Source of the DNA: an uncultured bacterium
GTDB lineage: Bacteria > Patescibacteriota > Minisyncoccia > Phycocordibacterales > CAIZLB01
Assembly: GCA_903936565.1 (NCBI GenBank)
Contig: CAIZVZ010000007.1
Location: 1 to 58,801, forward strand
Reading direction: 5' to 3'
Length of the DNA stretch: 58,801 nucleotides
Position numbers and translations under genes: made by a program
Part shown: positions 58,692-58,801 of the stretch, piece after piece
How positions within the stretch are numbered: the stretch's first letter is position 1
Layout: each line of letters begins with the position of its first letter
Notes under the pieces: model-generated
The model's database searches: none
What the model was told of the DNA's origin: nothing
Seen by the model: the letters and a program-made list of their open reading frames with translations, nothing else

Positions 58692-58711
58692 GATTATTAT
58701 AAGTTAAAAAG

Positions 58712-58720
58712 TTATCCACA
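58712..58720 (+). promoter_or_regulatory. Perfect DnaA box TTATCCACA
   Basis: Same flanks as the 8574 copy (AAAAAG-TTATCCACA-ACTTTTTT). Confidence 0.55.
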
Positions 58721-58738
58721 ACTTTTTTTGCTAAATAT

Positions 58739-58767
58739 TTGACAGTGAACGCTCGTTCACCTATAAT
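58739..58767 (+). promoter_or_regulatory. Consensus sigma70 promoter with palindromic operator in spacer
   Basis: TTGACA-GTGAACGCTCGTTCACC-TATAAT (17-bp spacer, palindrome GTGAAC-N4-GTTCAC). Confidence 0.85.
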
Positions 58768-58801
58768 TTAATTACATTAAAAATAATTAAATTAATAAAA
58801 A

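Overview
AT-rich bacterial chromosomal segment (about one third G+C by eye), standard genetic code (TGA used as stop), with nearly all genes on the + strand. The gene set and style point to a Patescibacteria (CPR, probably Parcubacteria) genome; this is inference from the VirD4-like ATPase, multiple pilins, split transketolase, MYG1, near-absence of Shine-Dalgarno sites and -10 boxes directly before start codons. Housekeeping genes are secA, obgE, gatB, gap, rpiB, rpe, transketolase N-subunit, ftsEX, tRNA-Gln(CTG), def, tag, a DEAD-box helicase, malic enzyme and pyrG, interspersed with many single accessory genes. Main findings: (1) two paralogous PemK/MazF toxin genes without a protein antitoxin, each followed by a conserved, covarying two-hairpin element under a convergent antisense promoter (candidate RNA-antitoxin system); (2) three GC-enriched ORFans, each a self-contained unit with promoter, boxA-like leader motif and GC-rich terminator; (3) a ~46-bp double-hairpin element in three dispersed copies with compensatory changes; (4) an uncalled 37-aa histone-H1-like gene; (5) a duplicated small-protein + pilin module; (6) a repeat-flanked two-gene insert behind tRNA-Gln. 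No CRISPR array, transposase or integrase was seen. Product calls rest on motif recognition, not database searches.
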